From: Desulfosudis oleivorans | GTDB taxonomy: Bacteria; Desulfobacterota; Desulfobacteria; Desulfobacterales; SURF-7 | Direction: 5' to 3' | Length of the DNA: 64,000 bases | NCBI GenBank assembly: GCA_020723325.1 | Contig: DYJD01000024.1 | Location: forward strand, 12,906 to 76,905 | In this document: piece after piece, positions 16,794 through 27,684 of the stretch | How the letters are laid out: every line of letters starts with the position of its first letter | Numbering within the stretch: the stretch's first letter is position 1 | The notes under the pieces: generated by a model | Database searches by the model: none | What the model saw: the letters and a program-made list of their open reading frames with translations, nothing else | What the model was told of the DNA's origin: nothing | Made by a program: the position numbers and the translations under genes

Positions 16794-17405
16794 ATGTTAC
16801 AAACCTTGAAATCCGATGTCCAGGAACGGCTGGGCAATGCCGTGATGGCCATCTTTTCCAATTCCGATTTCCACCAGGCCAATATCCGCGATGTGGCCAA
16901 AAAAGCCGGGGTCAGTTTCAGCACCATCTACCACTACTACGGCAGCAAGGAACGGCTGTTGTTTTCTTTCCTGGATATCTGGCTGGGGGAATTGACCGAC
17001 CGCATCGTGGATCACCTTCAGGGCATTGAAGACCTGAAGGAAAAAATGCGCAAGGTGCTGTGGGTGCAGTTGGACTATTACGAGCGCAACCCTGGCCTTG
17101 GCAAAATCCTGTTCATGACCCTGCCCATGAAGACCTGGATGGCGGACCGGACTTTTCAGCAGAAAAAAATGATCAATCTTTATTTGGATGTGCTGCGCAA
17201 GGGCCAGCAGGAAGGCATCCTCAATCCCCATGTGCGCGCCGGTGTTTTGATGGATTTCATGCTGGGCCTGGTGCAGCGTTCGTTCTTCATGTGGATCTCA
17301 CGGGGATGCAAGGAATCCCTTGCGGCCCAGGCCAACACCATGTTCGCCATGGTCTGGCGGGCCATCACCAATCCGGATTATAAAAGCGAGAAGGAAAAGG
17401 AGTAA
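16794..17405 (+). CDS. TetR/AcrR family transcriptional regulator
   Basis: HTH FHQANIRDVAKKAGVSFSTIYHYYGSKERLL. Confidence 0.9.
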   Translation: MLQTLKSDVQERLGNAVMAIFSNSDFHQANIRDVAKKAGVSFSTIYHYYGSKERLLFSFLDIWLGELTDRIVDHLQGIEDLKEKMRKVLWVQLDYYERNPGLGKILFMTLPMKTWMADRTFQQKKMINLYLDVLRKGQQEGILNPHVRAGVLMDFMLGLVQRSFFMWISRGCKESLAAQANTMFAMVWRAITNPDYKSEKEKE

Positions 17406-17408
17406 ACC

Positions 17409-19538
17409 ATGTCCCAACATCCCAACAAACCAAAATGGGAAGCCCTGGCTGCCAAACAATCGGCCGGCCAATCCCTGGACTCCCTCAACTGGCTGACTCC
17501 CGAGGGCATTTTGGTCAAACCGCTCTATACTGCCGAAGACCTGGAAGGAATCGAGGGCCTCAACTCCCTGCCGGGCTTTGCGCCCTATACCCGCGGCCCC
17601 ATGGCCACCATGTATGTGGGCCGGCCCTGGACCATCCGCCAATATGCCGGGTTCTCCACGGCCCGGGAGTCCAATGCCTTTTACCGCCGCAACCTGGCCG
17701 CCGGCCAGAAAGGCCTTTCCGTGGCTTTTGATCTCGCCACCCACCGGGGCTACGACTCGGATCACCCCCGGGTGGCCGGCGACATCGGCAAGGCCGGGGT
17801 GGCCATCGACTCGGTGGAAGACATGAAGATTCTGTTTGATCAGATCCCCCTGAATGATATGTCCGTGTCCATGACCATGAACGGCGCGGTGCTCCCAATC
17901 CTGGCCGGTTATATCGTGGCCGCCGAAGAGCAAGGGGTGGCCCATGGACAGCTCAACGGCACCATTCAGAACGACATCCTGAAGGAGTACCTGACCCGCA
18001 ATACCTATATCTACCCGCCGGAACCCTCCATGCGCATTGTGTCCGACATCATGGCCTTTTGCTCCAAGCACATGCCCAAATACAACACCATCAGCATCAG
18101 CGGCTACCACATGATGGAAGCCGGGGCCGATTCGGTGCTGCAGACCGCCTTTACCCTGGCCGACGGTGTGGAATACGTGCGCGCCGCCATCAAGGCCGGT
18201 ATGGACATCGACACTTTTGCCCCCCGGCTTTCCTTTTTTTTCGGCGTTGGCATGAATTTTTTTATGGAAATCGCCATGCTGCGGGCCGCCCGGTTTTTAT
18301 GGCATGAATTGCTGCAACCCTTCAGCCCCAAGAACCCCCGTTCCAGCATGCTGCGCACCCATGTGCAGACCTCGGGCTGGAGCCTGACCGAGCAGGACCC
18401 TTACAACAACATCATCCGCACCACCCTGGAATGCCTGGCCGCGGCACTGGGGGGCACCCAGTCCCTGCACACCAATTCTTTCGACGAGGCGGTGGGCCTG
18501 CCCACGGATTTTTCCGCGCGCATTGCCCGCAACACCCAGATCATTGTCCAGGAGGAATCCCAGATTTGCAGGACCGTGGATCCCCTGGCCGGTTCCTACT
18601 ATGTGGAGAACCTCACCGCCGGAATCGTGCGGGAGGCCCGCAAGATCATTGCGGAAGTGGAAGCCATGGGCGGCATGGCCAAGGCCATTGAAACCGGCAT
18701 GCCCAAAATGCGCATCGAGGAATCCGCGGCCCGCAAGCAAGCCCGTATCGACCAGGGCAAGGAAGTCATCGTGGGCGTGAACAAATACCGCATCCAGGAG
18801 GAACTCGACTTCGAGATCCGGGAGGTGCCGGCCTCGGTACGCGACGAGCAGGTTGCCCGGCTCAAGGAAATCCGCGCCAAACGGGACAAGCAGGCCGTGG
18901 CCAAGGCCCTGGCCGACATCACCCGGGCCGCGGAAAACGGCGGCAATCTGTTGGAAGCGGCTTTGCCGGCCGTGCGCCTGCGGGCCACGGTGGGGGAAAT
19001 CTCCGATGCCATGGAAAAGGTTTTCGGCCGGTATGTGGCCAACACCCAATGCATTTCCGGCATCTATGCCGCGGAATACGGCGAGGATGAAAGCATCCGG
19101 GCCATCCGCAACCGCACCCAGGCCTTTCTGGACAAGCATGGTAGAAGACCGCGCATCCTGGTGACCAAGATGGGCCAGGACGGCCATGATCGCGGCATCA
19201 AAGTGGTGGCCACGGCCTATGCGGACATCGGTTTTGATGTGGACATCAGCCCCATGTTCCAGTCCCCCCAGGAAGCGGCACGCATGGCCGTGGAAAACGA
19301 CGTGCATGTGGTGGGGGTTTCCAGCCTGGCTGCCGGTCACAAGACCCTGGTGCCGGAATTGATCAAGGCCCTGCAACAGGAGGGCGGCAAGGAAATCCTG
19401 GTGGTGGTGGGCGGGGTCATACCCCCCAAGGACTATGGCTTTTTATTCGCTGCCGGGGTGACGGCGGTTTTCGGGCCCGGAACCCCCATCATCAAGTCCG
19501 CCGAAGAGGTGTTGGCGGCTTTGGAAAAAACATTTTGA
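17409..19538 (+). CDS. mcm: Methylmalonyl-CoA mutase (catalytic plus B12-binding domains in one chain)
   Basis: 709 aa. [12 protein letters not shown], and the B12-binding DxHxxG motif (QDGHDRG) in the C-terminal domain. Confidence 0.93.
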   Translation: MSQHPNKPKWEALAAKQSAGQSLDSLNWLTPEGILVKPLYTAEDLEGIEGLNSLPGFAPYTRGPMATMYVGRPWTIRQYAGFSTARESNAFYRRNLAAGQKGLSVAFDLATHRGYDSDHPRVAGDIGKAGVAIDSVEDMKILFDQIPLNDMSVSMTMNGAVLPILAGYIVAAEEQGVAHGQLNGTIQNDILKEYLTRNTYIYPPEPSMRIVSDIMAFCSKHMPKYNTISISGYHMMEAGADSVLQTAFTLADGVEYVRAAIKAGMDIDTFAPRLSFFFGVGMNFFMEIAMLRAARFLWHELLQPFSPKNPRSSMLRTHVQTSGWSLTEQDPYNNIIRTTLECLAAALGGTQSLHTNSFDEAVGLPTDFSARIARNTQIIVQEESQICRTVDPLAGSYYVENLTAGIVREARKIIAEVEAMGGMAKAIETGMPKMRIEESAARKQARIDQGKEVIVGVNKYRIQEELDFEIREVPASVRDEQVARLKEIRAKRDKQAVAKALADITRAAENGGNLLEAALPAVRLRATVGEISDAMEKVFGRYVANTQCISGIYAAEYGEDESIRAIRNRTQAFLDKHGRRPRILVTKMGQDGHDRGIKVVATAYADIGFDVDISPMFQSPQEAARMAVENDVHVVGVSSLAAGHKTLVPELIKALQQEGGKEILVVVGGVIPPKDYGFLFAAGVTAVFGPGTPIIKSAEEVLAALEKTF

Positions 19539-20557
19539 CGCCGGACGACCCCACGTATTATCAGCAGGGGGTACTGGCCGGCGACCGGCGCATCCTGGCC
19601 AAAACCATCACCCTGGTGGAAAGCTCCCTGCCGGCCCACCGCGGTCTGGCCCAGGCCATCCTGGAGCAGTTGCTGCCCTTTTCCGGCAAGGCCGTCCGCC
19701 TGGGTATCACCGGCGTGCCCGGGGTGGGCAAAAGCACTTTTATCGAAAGTCTGGGAATGCACTTGATCCATAGCGGCCGGCGGGTGGCCATCCTGGCCGT
19801 GGACCCCAGCAGCAGCCGCAGCGGCGGCAGCATTCTGGCGGACAAGACCCGCATGGAACAATTGGCCCGGGAACCCAAGGCCTATATCCGGCCTTCCCCC
19901 TCCCGGGGGGCTTTGGGCGGTGTGGGCCGCAAGACCCGGGAGAGCATCTGGGTCTGTGAGGCGGCCGGTTTTGATGTGATCATTGTGGAGACCGTGGGGG
20001 TGGGCCAGTCGGAAACCACGGTGGCGTCCATGGTGGACTTTTTCCTGGTGCTGATGCTGGCCGGGGCCGGGGATGAGTTCCAGGGCATTAAAAAAGGGAT
20101 TGTGGAACTGGCCGATGCTATTGTAATCAACAAGGCCGACGGCGACAATATGGAGCGGGCCCGACGCGCCCAAAGGGAGTATGAAAACGCCCTGCAATTG
20201 CTGCGACCCGCCACCAGGTTGTGGCGGCCGCCGGTTTTGACCTGCAGCGCCCTGACCCACACCGGCATCACGGCAGTATGGCGGAGCGTCTGCGATCATC
20301 ATGAAAAAATGAAGGCCGCCGGCGAGTTGGAAAACAAACGCCGGCATCAGGCCGTTGACTGGATGTGGCTGCTTATTGAAGAAGGACTGCGGGAGCGTTT
20401 TCAATGTCATCCGGAGGTGCGCAGCCGGCTTTCCGGGTTTGTCAAAGAAGTGGAAAAAGGTGTGATCAGTCCCACCTCTGCTGCTAACAATCTATTACAG
20501 TTGCTGGATCATCCCGGCAGCAAACTAAAAGGATCGAACCATGGGCAAGGTTGCTGA
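19535..20557 (+). CDS. meaB: Methylmalonyl-CoA mutase-associated GTPase MeaB/ArgK
   Basis: P-loop GVPGVGKST and NKAD motif. Overlaps the mutase stop. Confidence 0.9.
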   Translation: MTPDDPTYYQQGVLAGDRRILAKTITLVESSLPAHRGLAQAILEQLLPFSGKAVRLGITGVPGVGKSTFIESLGMHLIHSGRRVAILAVDPSSSRSGGSILADKTRMEQLAREPKAYIRPSPSRGALGGVGRKTRESIWVCEAAGFDVIIVETVGVGQSETTVASMVDFFLVLMLAGAGDEFQGIKKGIVELADAIVINKADGDNMERARRAQREYENALQLLRPATRLWRPPVLTCSALTHTGITAVWRSVCDHHEKMKAAGELENKRRHQAVDWMWLLIEEGLRERFQCHPEVRSRLSGFVKEVEKGVISPTSAANNLLQLLDHPGSKLKGSNHGQGC

Positions 20558-22094
20558 GAAAATCAAGGATCTGGAGGAAAAAGAAAAGAAGATACGGGAA
20601 ATGGGCGGCCCCAAGGCCTTGGCCCAGCAGCGCGAAAAGGGCAAGCTGAACGCCCGGGAGCGGCTCTTGAGCCTGTTCGACCCCGGCACCTTTCGCGAAA
20701 TCGACATGTTCGTCCAGCACCGCTGCGTTAATTTCGACATGCAGGGCACGGAAATTCCCTCGGACGGCGTGGTCACCGGCCATGGCCTGGTGGAAGGCCG
20801 GCCGGTCTTTGCCTATTCCCAGGATTCCACCACCCGAGCCGGCAGCCTGGGGGAGATGCACGCCAAAAAAATCTGCAAGGTCATGGATCTGGCCGCCAAA
20901 GCTGGGGTGCCCATCATCGGCATCAATGATTCCGGCGGTGCCCGCATCCAGGAAGGGGTAGACGCCCTGACCGGCTACGGCCAGATTTTCTTCCGCAATG
21001 CCCGCTCTTCGGGCGTGATCCCCCAGATCTCGGCCATCATGGGCACCACTGCCGGCGGCGCCGTGTATTCACCGGCCATGACCGACTGGATTTTCATGGT
21101 GAAAAATTCCAGCTACATGTTCATCACCGGCCCCCAGGTGATCAAGGCCGTTACCGGCGAGGAAATCACCTTTGAGGAATTGGGCGGCGCCATGACCCAC
21201 AATGAAAAAAGCGGTGTGGCCCATTTTGCCTGCGAGGACGATGCCGACACCATAGTCCAGATCAAACGCCTGCTTGCCTATTTGCCGGCCAACAACATGG
21301 AGGACCCGCCCCGGGTGGACAGCGGCGATGATCCGAGCCGCATGGTGCCGGAGCTGGACACCATCATTCCGGACAGTCCCAGCCAGTCCTATGACGTCAA
21401 GAATGTCATCCGGGCGATTGTGGACCAGGGTGAATTCTTTGAGCCCCATGCCCATTATGCCAAGAACATGGTGGTCTGTTTCGCGCGCTTAAACGGCCGG
21501 GCCGTGGGTATCATCGCCAATCAGCCCAGCCATATGGCCGGCTGCCTGGACATCAATGCCTCGGACAAGGCCACGCGCTTCATCCGCTTCTGCGACGCCT
21601 TTAACCTGCCCCTGCTCACCATCGCCGATGTGCCCGGCTATCTGCCCGGCAGTCATCAGGAATGGGGCGGCATCATCCGCCATGGCGCCAAACTGCTGTG
21701 GTGCTATTCAGAAGCCACGGTGCCCAAGCTACTGCTGGTCACCCGCAAGGATTACGGCGGCTCTTATCTAGCCATGTGCTCCAAGGATCTGGGGGCGGAT
21801 ATGGCCTTTGCCTGGCCCACGGCGGAAATCGCCGTCATGGGCGCCGAAGGGGCCGCCAACGTCATTCATAAAAAGGAAATCCAGGCCGCTTCAGATCCCA
21901 AGGCCAAGCGCAAGGAGAAGATCGAGGAATATGAAGGGCTGTTTTCCAATCCTTATTGCGCCGCGGCCCGGGGCTATGTGGATGCAGTGATTGTGCCCCG
22001 GGAAACCAGACTGCGGCTCATCGACGCCCTGGAAATCATGTGCACCAAACGCGAAAGCGGTCCGCCCAAAAAGCACGGCAATATTCCGGTATAA
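20541..22094 (+). CDS. Acyl-CoA carboxyltransferase (methylmalonyl-CoA carboxyltransferase 12S / propionyl-CoA carboxylase beta-type)
   Basis: 517 aa. Typical carboxyl-transferase domain (GSLGEMHAKKI..., AFNLPLLTIADVPGYLPG). Confidence 0.9.
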   Translation: MGKVAEKIKDLEEKEKKIREMGGPKALAQQREKGKLNARERLLSLFDPGTFREIDMFVQHRCVNFDMQGTEIPSDGVVTGHGLVEGRPVFAYSQDSTTRAGSLGEMHAKKICKVMDLAAKAGVPIIGINDSGGARIQEGVDALTGYGQIFFRNARSSGVIPQISAIMGTTAGGAVYSPAMTDWIFMVKNSSYMFITGPQVIKAVTGEEITFEELGGAMTHNEKSGVAHFACEDDADTIVQIKRLLAYLPANNMEDPPRVDSGDDPSRMVPELDTIIPDSPSQSYDVKNVIRAIVDQGEFFEPHAHYAKNMVVCFARLNGRAVGIIANQPSHMAGCLDINASDKATRFIRFCDAFNLPLLTIADVPGYLPGSHQEWGGIIRHGAKLLWCYSEATVPKLLLVTRKDYGGSYLAMCSKDLGADMAFAWPTAEIAVMGAEGAANVIHKKEIQAASDPKAKRKEKIEEYEGLFSNPYCAAARGYVDAVIVPRETRLRLIDALEIMCTKRESGPPKKHGNIPV

Positions 22095-22136
22095 TAGACC
22101 TGAACCTTTTTATCCGAGACGATATTCGGAGTGACC

Positions 22137-22370
22137 ATGAAGAAGAACAAGAAACAAGCAGCGGCCGTGGCCGCAGTCATGGCCTATCTGGCCATGGAAG
22201 CCCAACCGGCCGAGACGCTGACCGCAGCCGCCACTGAAACGCCAAGCCCGGGGCAAGTCCCGCCGCCGGCGGCCGGTTTGAGCCCCTGGGGTCTTGCCGG
22301 ACGCCAGGCTCAGATGCATCTGCGCGCCCTATTGCAGATGAAAGCCTTTCACGGGGGCAGATTACGCTAA
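22137..22370 (+). CDS. Small Ala/Pro-rich protein of the transcarboxylase operon (OadG-like N-terminus; hypothetical)
   Basis: ATG follows GGAG. AAAVAAVMAYLAMEA resembles the N-terminal helix of small subunits of biotin decarboxylases. No firm family call. Confidence 0.4.
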   Translation: MKKNKKQAAAVAAVMAYLAMEAQPAETLTAAATETPSPGQVPPPAAGLSPWGLAGRQAQMHLRALLQMKAFHGGRLR

Positions 22371-22397
22371 ATATTATCAGGAAGCAGGGAGAAAAAT

Positions 22398-24446
22398 ATG
22401 ACTGAACATCACCAAATCTCAATCACCGCCTTGGATTATAAAGCCGACCGGAAGAAAGCCAAACACCCCTTGAAGATCATGGATGTCTCGCTGCGGGACG
22501 GCCACCAGTCCCTGTTCGCCACCCGCGGTCGCACCGAGGACATGATTCCGGTGGCGGAAATGATGGACCAAGTCGGTTTCTGGGCCGTGGAAACCTGGGG
22601 CGGCGCCACCTTTGACACCATGCACCGCTTTTTGAACGAAGACCCCTGGGAGCGGATCCGCACCCTCAAACGCTATTTCAAGAAAACCCCTTTTTCCATG
22701 CTGCTGCGGGGCCAGAACCTTGTGGGCTACCGCAATTACGCCGATGATCTGGCCAAGGCCTTTGTGGAGCGGGCCGCGGCCAACGGTATGGATATCTTCA
22801 GGACCTTCGACGCCCTGAACGACTACCGCAATTTTGAAACCGTGGTACCGGCCATCAAGGCCAGCGGCAAGCACTTTCAAGGCTGCATATGCTACTCCAT
22901 GACCGAACCGCGCCTGGGGGGTGATGTATATAATCTGGAATATTTTGTGAAAAAGGCCCGGGAGCTGGAAGCCATGGGGGCCGACAGCATTTGCATCAAG
23001 GACATGGCCGGCCTGATCGCGCCCTATGATGCCTATGCCGTGATCAAGGCCATCAAGGAGGCCGTGAAACCGCCGGTGCATCTGCACAGTCATTTCACTT
23101 CCGGACTGGCGGCCATGACCCATTTGAAGGCGGCCGAGGCCGGGGTGGACATCATCGACACCTGCCTGTCGCCCTATGCCTACCGCACTTCCCATCCGGC
23201 CGTGGAACCCATGGTCATGGCCCTTTTGGGCACCAACCGGGACACGGGCTTCGACATCGCCCTGCTGGCCAGAATCAATGAAAAACTGGAAAAGGAAGTC
23301 ATGCCCAAATACCGGCATCTCCTGGCGGACAACCAGATGTCCATCATCGATATCAACGTGTTGCTGCACCAGACCCCGGGCGGCATGCTTTCCAACCTGG
23401 TCAATCAGCTCAAGGAAATGGATGCCCTGGACAAGATCAATGAAGTTTACAAGGAACTGCCCCGGGTGCGCAAGGAACTGGGCCAGATCCCACTGGTGAC
23501 CCCCACCAGCCAGATCGTGGGCATCCAGACCGTCAACAATGTACTGTTCGACACGGCTGAGGAACGCTACAAGATGATCACGGCCCAGGTCAAGGATCTG
23601 TGCTATGGCTTGTACGGCAAGACCGCTGTTCCCATTGATCCCCAGGTTCAAACAAAGGCCTTGAAAGGCTACCCCCGTGGGGAAGAGCCCATCACCTGCC
23701 GGCCGGCGGAGATCCTGGAGCCTGAGCTGGAAAAGGCCCGCAAGGAAATCGGCAATCTGGCCGCGGACCTGGATGATTTGATTCTGTATGCCCTCTTTCC
23801 GGTCACCGGCCGCAAATTCCTGAGCTGGAAATACGGTAAGGAGCAGCCGCCGGCGGAAGTCCAGGCCAAAACCCTGGAGGAGGCGTTGGCGGAACAGGCC
23901 TTGATGGCCAAGGCCCGGGCCGGCCAATTGGTGGAAAAGCCTGGGGTCAAGGAGGCCCCGGTCAAGGGTGAGGGCCTGCGCACCTTCAATGTGTTCGTGG
24001 ACGACGATTATTTTGAAGTGGGGGTGGAAGAAGTCGGCGGCGCGCCGGTGGTCACGCGCGTGCAGCCCACCGCAACCAAGGCCCCCGGACCGAAAACACC
24101 GGCCAAGACCATCGTGCCCCCGCCGCCGGCCCCGCCCAAGGCAACGGCCGCAAAAGCGACGGCCGCCCCGGAACCGGCCAAGACAGCGGCGGCGAAACCC
24201 AAGGCCGAAGCCGCAGCCGCCGCGGATGCGGCCGGCACGCCCATCAAGGCGCCCATGCCCGGCATGATCATCAATTTTGAAAAGCAAGTGGGCGATGCGG
24301 TCAAGGAAGGGGAAACCGTGGTCATCCTGGAAGCCATGAAAATGGAAAATGCCTTGACCGCGCCGGTGAGCGGGGTGATCAAAGCCATCAACTTCCGCAG
24401 CGGGGACTCGGTTCCCAAAAATGCCGTGCTGTGTGTGATCGGCTAG
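22398..24446 (+). CDS. Transcarboxylase 5S-type carboxyltransferase (pyruvate carboxylase B / OadA-like) fused to a biotinyl carrier domain
   Basis: HMGL-like N-terminus (MDVSLRDGHQS). Long Ala/Pro/Lys linker. Biotinylation motif EAMKMEN at the C-terminus. Confidence 0.9.
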   Translation: MTEHHQISITALDYKADRKKAKHPLKIMDVSLRDGHQSLFATRGRTEDMIPVAEMMDQVGFWAVETWGGATFDTMHRFLNEDPWERIRTLKRYFKKTPFSMLLRGQNLVGYRNYADDLAKAFVERAAANGMDIFRTFDALNDYRNFETVVPAIKASGKHFQGCICYSMTEPRLGGDVYNLEYFVKKARELEAMGADSICIKDMAGLIAPYDAYAVIKAIKEAVKPPVHLHSHFTSGLAAMTHLKAAEAGVDIIDTCLSPYAYRTSHPAVEPMVMALLGTNRDTGFDIALLARINEKLEKEVMPKYRHLLADNQMSIIDINVLLHQTPGGMLSNLVNQLKEMDALDKINEVYKELPRVRKELGQIPLVTPTSQIVGIQTVNNVLFDTAEERYKMITAQVKDLCYGLYGKTAVPIDPQVQTKALKGYPRGEEPITCRPAEILEPELEKARKEIGNLAADLDDLILYALFPVTGRKFLSWKYGKEQPPAEVQAKTLEEALAEQALMAKARAGQLVEKPGVKEAPVKGEGLRTFNVFVDDDYFEVGVEEVGGAPVVTRVQPTATKAPGPKTPAKTIVPPPPAPPKATAAKATAAPEPAKTAAAKPKAEAAAAADAAGTPIKAPMPGMIINFEKQVGDAVKEGETVVILEAMKMENALTAPVSGVIKAINFRSGDSVPKNAVLCVIG

Positions 24447-24459
24447 GGAGGAGCTTACC

Positions 24460-25623
24460 ATGAAAATCCATGAATACCAGGCCAAGGAATTATTCGCCCA
24501 ATACGGCATTCCCATTCCACCGGGCGCAATGGCGGACAATCCGGCTGCGGCCGTGGCTGTAGCCCAGGGCCTTAAAACATCTACAGTAGTTGTAAAAGCC
24601 CAGATCCATGCCGGCGGCCGCGGTAAAGGCGGCGGCGTGCGTTTGGCCGCAAACCCGGAAGAAGTGCACAAGGCGGCGGAAGCCATCCTGGGCATGCAGT
24701 TGATCACCCACCAGACCGGCCCCAAGGGCCAGAAAGTCAAAAAAGTGCTGGTGGAGGCCGGCCTGGATATCGCCAAAGAACTCTATCTGAGTTTGCTGCC
24801 GGATCGCGAAACCGCAAGGATCATCATCATGGCCAGCGAGGCCGGCGGCATGGACATTGAAACCGTGGCCCAGGCAACACCGGAAAAAATCATCAAGGTC
24901 CTGGTGGACCCCCTCATGGGCCTCCAACCCTTTCATTGCCGCAGGATGGCCTTTGGCCTGAACCTGCAAGGGGCGGCCATGAAGGCTTTCACGGCCATGC
25001 TGCCCAACCTTTACCGCCTGCTCATGGAAAAGGATTGTTCCCTGGTGGAGATCAATCCCCTGATCATCACCCGGCAGGACACCATTGTGGCCCTGGATGC
25101 CAAAATCAATTTCGACGATAACGCCCTGTTCCGCCACCCGGAGATCCGCGCCTATCGGGATGAGGATGAAGAAGATCCCCTGGAAGTACAGGCCTCCAAA
25201 TACAATTTGAATTATATCAACATGGACGGCAACATCGGCAACATGGTCAACGGCGCGGGCCTGGCCATGGCCACCATGGACATCATAAAGCTGGCCGGGG
25301 CCGAGCCGGCCAATTTCCTGGATGTGGGCGGCGGCGCCAATGCCGAGATGGTGGAAAACGGCTTCAAGATCATTCTGAATGATCCCAAGGTGAAAGGGGT
25401 CTTGATCAATATTTTCGGCGGAATTCTGCGCTGCGATGTCCTGGCCCAAGGGGTGGTGGAAGCGGCCAAGAAAATCGGCATCAGCGTGCCTGTGGTGGTG
25501 CGCATGGAAGGCACCAATGTGGAGGCCGGCCGCAAAATTCTAAGCGAATCCGGCCTGAATTTACAAACCGCCCTGGATCTGGCCGATGCAGCCCAAAAAG
25601 TGGCGGCCATCGTGAATGCATAA
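24460..25623 (+). CDS. sucC: Succinyl-CoA synthetase beta subunit
   Basis: MKIHEYQAKELF... ATP-grasp domain. Confidence 0.95.
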   Translation: MKIHEYQAKELFAQYGIPIPPGAMADNPAAAVAVAQGLKTSTVVVKAQIHAGGRGKGGGVRLAANPEEVHKAAEAILGMQLITHQTGPKGQKVKKVLVEAGLDIAKELYLSLLPDRETARIIIMASEAGGMDIETVAQATPEKIIKVLVDPLMGLQPFHCRRMAFGLNLQGAAMKAFTAMLPNLYRLLMEKDCSLVEINPLIITRQDTIVALDAKINFDDNALFRHPEIRAYRDEDEEDPLEVQASKYNLNYINMDGNIGNMVNGAGLAMATMDIIKLAGAEPANFLDVGGGANAEMVENGFKIILNDPKVKGVLINIFGGILRCDVLAQGVVEAAKKIGISVPVVVRMEGTNVEAGRKILSESGLNLQTALDLADAAQKVAAIVNA

Positions 25624-25638
25624 GAGAGGAAGGAAAAG

Positions 25639-26514
25639 ATGAGCATCTTTGTGGATCAATATACCCGCCTTCTGGTCCAGGGCATCACCGGCAAGGAAGG
25701 CCAGTTTCATACCCGCCAGTGTCGGGCCTACGGCACCCAGGTGGTGGCCGGGGTCACGCCGGGCAAGGGCGGACAGGACATGGAGGGCATCCCGGTTTTT
25801 GATACGGTTCAGGCCGCTGTCGCCCAAACCAAGGCCAATTGCAGCATGATTTTCGTGCCGCCGCCCTTTGCCGCCGATGCCATCCTGGAGGCGGCTGAAG
25901 CCGGGATCGAACTCATCGTGGCCATTACCGAAGGCATCCCGGTGCTGGACATGCTGCGGGTGAAGAATTGCCTTGCCGGGTCAAAAACCCGGCTGATCGG
26001 GCCCAACTGTCCGGGGATCATCACCCCCGGCCAGGCCAAAATCGGCATCATGCCCGGCCCCATTCATCTGCCGGGCGGGCCCATCGGCGTGGTGTCCCGC
26101 TCCGGCACCCTCACCTATGAGGTGGTGCATCAACTTACCCGCAAGCAAATCGGCCAGACCACCTGCATCGGCATCGGCGGCGACCCCATCAACGGCACCA
26201 ACTTCATTGACTGTCTTTCGGCCTTTGAAGCTGACCCGGCCACCAAAGGCGTGGTCATGGTGGGTGAAATCGGCGGCAATGCCGAAGAACAGGCAGCCCA
26301 ATTCATTGCCGAGCATATGACCAAGCCGGTGGTGGGATTCATCGCCGGTTTGACCGCACCGCCAGGCAGGCGCATGGGCCATGCCGGCGCCATTGTCAGC
26401 GGCGGCAGCGGCACGGCCCAGGGCAAAATCGCGGCCATGAAAGCCGCCGGCATCCATGTGTGCGAAAATCTTGGTAAGCTGGGAGATCTTTGCGCCGAGG
26501 TATTCTGCGGTTAA
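25639..26514 (+). CDS. sucD: Succinyl-CoA synthetase alpha subunit
   Basis: SRSGTLTYE and the GHAGAI phosphohistidine loop. Confidence 0.95.
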   Translation: MSIFVDQYTRLLVQGITGKEGQFHTRQCRAYGTQVVAGVTPGKGGQDMEGIPVFDTVQAAVAQTKANCSMIFVPPPFAADAILEAAEAGIELIVAITEGIPVLDMLRVKNCLAGSKTRLIGPNCPGIITPGQAKIGIMPGPIHLPGGPIGVVSRSGTLTYEVVHQLTRKQIGQTTCIGIGGDPINGTNFIDCLSAFEADPATKGVVMVGEIGGNAEEQAAQFIAEHMTKPVVGFIAGLTAPPGRRMGHAGAIVSGGSGTAQGKIAAMKAAGIHVCENLGKLGDLCAEVFCG

Positions 26515-26532
26515 CAGAAAGGATAAAGCCCC

Positions 26533-26880
26533 ATGCACGAAATGGGCATCGTTATGCAGATCATTGAAATCGCCACGGCCTCCATTCCAGCGGAGATGAC
26601 CGGCGTCCGGATTGGCCGGGTGAATCTGAAAATCGGCAAGCTCTCGGCAGTGGTGCCGGAAAGCCTGCGCTTTTGCTTTGAAATCGCTGCCAAGGAAACC
26701 CCCTTGGCCGGCGCCGAACTTTTTATTGAGGAGGTTCCGGTCAAAGCCCGCTGCCGGACATGCCGGACCGAGTGGACCATCACCGGTCCGGCCTTCAACT
26801 GCACGGCCTGCAACTCCGGGGATATCGACATCCTTTCCGGCCGGGAACTGGATATTGTTTCCCTGGAAGTGGCTGATTAA
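26533..26880 (+). CDS. hypA: Hydrogenase nickel-insertion protein HypA
   Basis: MHEMGI N-terminus. CRTC...CTAC zinc motif. Confidence 0.85.
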   Translation: MHEMGIVMQIIEIATASIPAEMTGVRIGRVNLKIGKLSAVVPESLRFCFEIAAKETPLAGAELFIEEVPVKARCRTCRTEWTITGPAFNCTACNSGDIDILSGRELDIVSLEVAD

Positions 26881-26898
26881 ACTCCACCATGTGCTAAG

Positions 26899-27684
26899 TT
26901 ATTCTGACCCGGCCCTGATATACCGATCGATGCGGCTTCCGGGAACAGCGGTCAACCGATTTTCTATCTGGTAGGCATCATTTACACGACAGGCGATCCA
27001 GCCGGATATCAGCTTGTCTTCCCCATAAAACTGTTGCAGGGCCTCCATGCCTTTCAGATCCGCCGGGCCGGGCCTTTCGGTGAATTTCGCCTCCACGGCC
27101 TGAAAACTGCCGCCCTGTTCGATCAACAGGTCGACTTCGGCACCGTAGGCCGTCCGCCAGAACCACAAGGGCAAGCTTCTGCCGCCGGCGACCAAAGACT
27201 TGACGACCTGCATGACCACATGGGTTTCCCAGACAGCGCCCATAACCGGAGAACGCGCCATGGCTTCCCAACTGTCAAAGCCCATGAGAAAGGCCGCGAG
27301 ACCCGTGTCGCAGAAATAGAGTTTCGGCGACTTCACCAAACGCTTTCCGAGATTCCGATAATAGGGTTCCAGCAGAAAAATCTGACCGGAGGCCTGAAGC
27401 ACCGAAATCCACTGCTTGGCCGTATTGGGGGCGATGCCCACATCCCGGGCCAATTCCGAATAGGACAGAATCTGCCCGGTGCGGATAGCCGCGGCCCGCA
27501 AGAAACGATCAAAATCCCGCAGGCTGCCCACATGGAGAATATTGCGGACATCGCGCTCCAGGTAGGTGCCCAGGTAGGCGGCAAACCAGAAGTGCGGTTC
27601 CAGCTCCCCGCGTGCGGCGATCTCCGGCCAGCCCCCGCAGAAAATATACCGGCTTTCCGGCATATCCATACCGCTGTCCTGCAC
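26899..27684 (-). pseudogene. 5'-truncated DUF4143-type ATPase (AAA_14 P-loop half missing)
   Basis: Only the C-terminal half is present (YLGTYLERDV...FDRFLRAAAIRTGQILSYSELARDVGI...KSPKLYFCDTGL). No P-loop-encoding sequence upstream before the RAYT-like gene. Confidence 0.6.

Noticed and set aside
17298-20410. Series of 270-360-aa minus-strand ORFs (17298-18110, 18297-19376, 19433-20410) plus many 60-150-aa ORFs in other frames.
   Set aside because: All are antisense or out of frame relative to the mutase and meaB genes. Their Gly/His/Pro/Arg-rich products are shadow frames.
22419-24776. 785-aa minus-strand ORF, the longest ORF in this region.
   Set aside because: It lies exactly antisense to the 5S-biotin carrier gene and sucC, both of which have unmistakable motifs. 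Its sequence is Gly/Arg/His/Pro-rich low complexity, typical of a shadow frame in GC-rich coding DNA, and it has no RBS.
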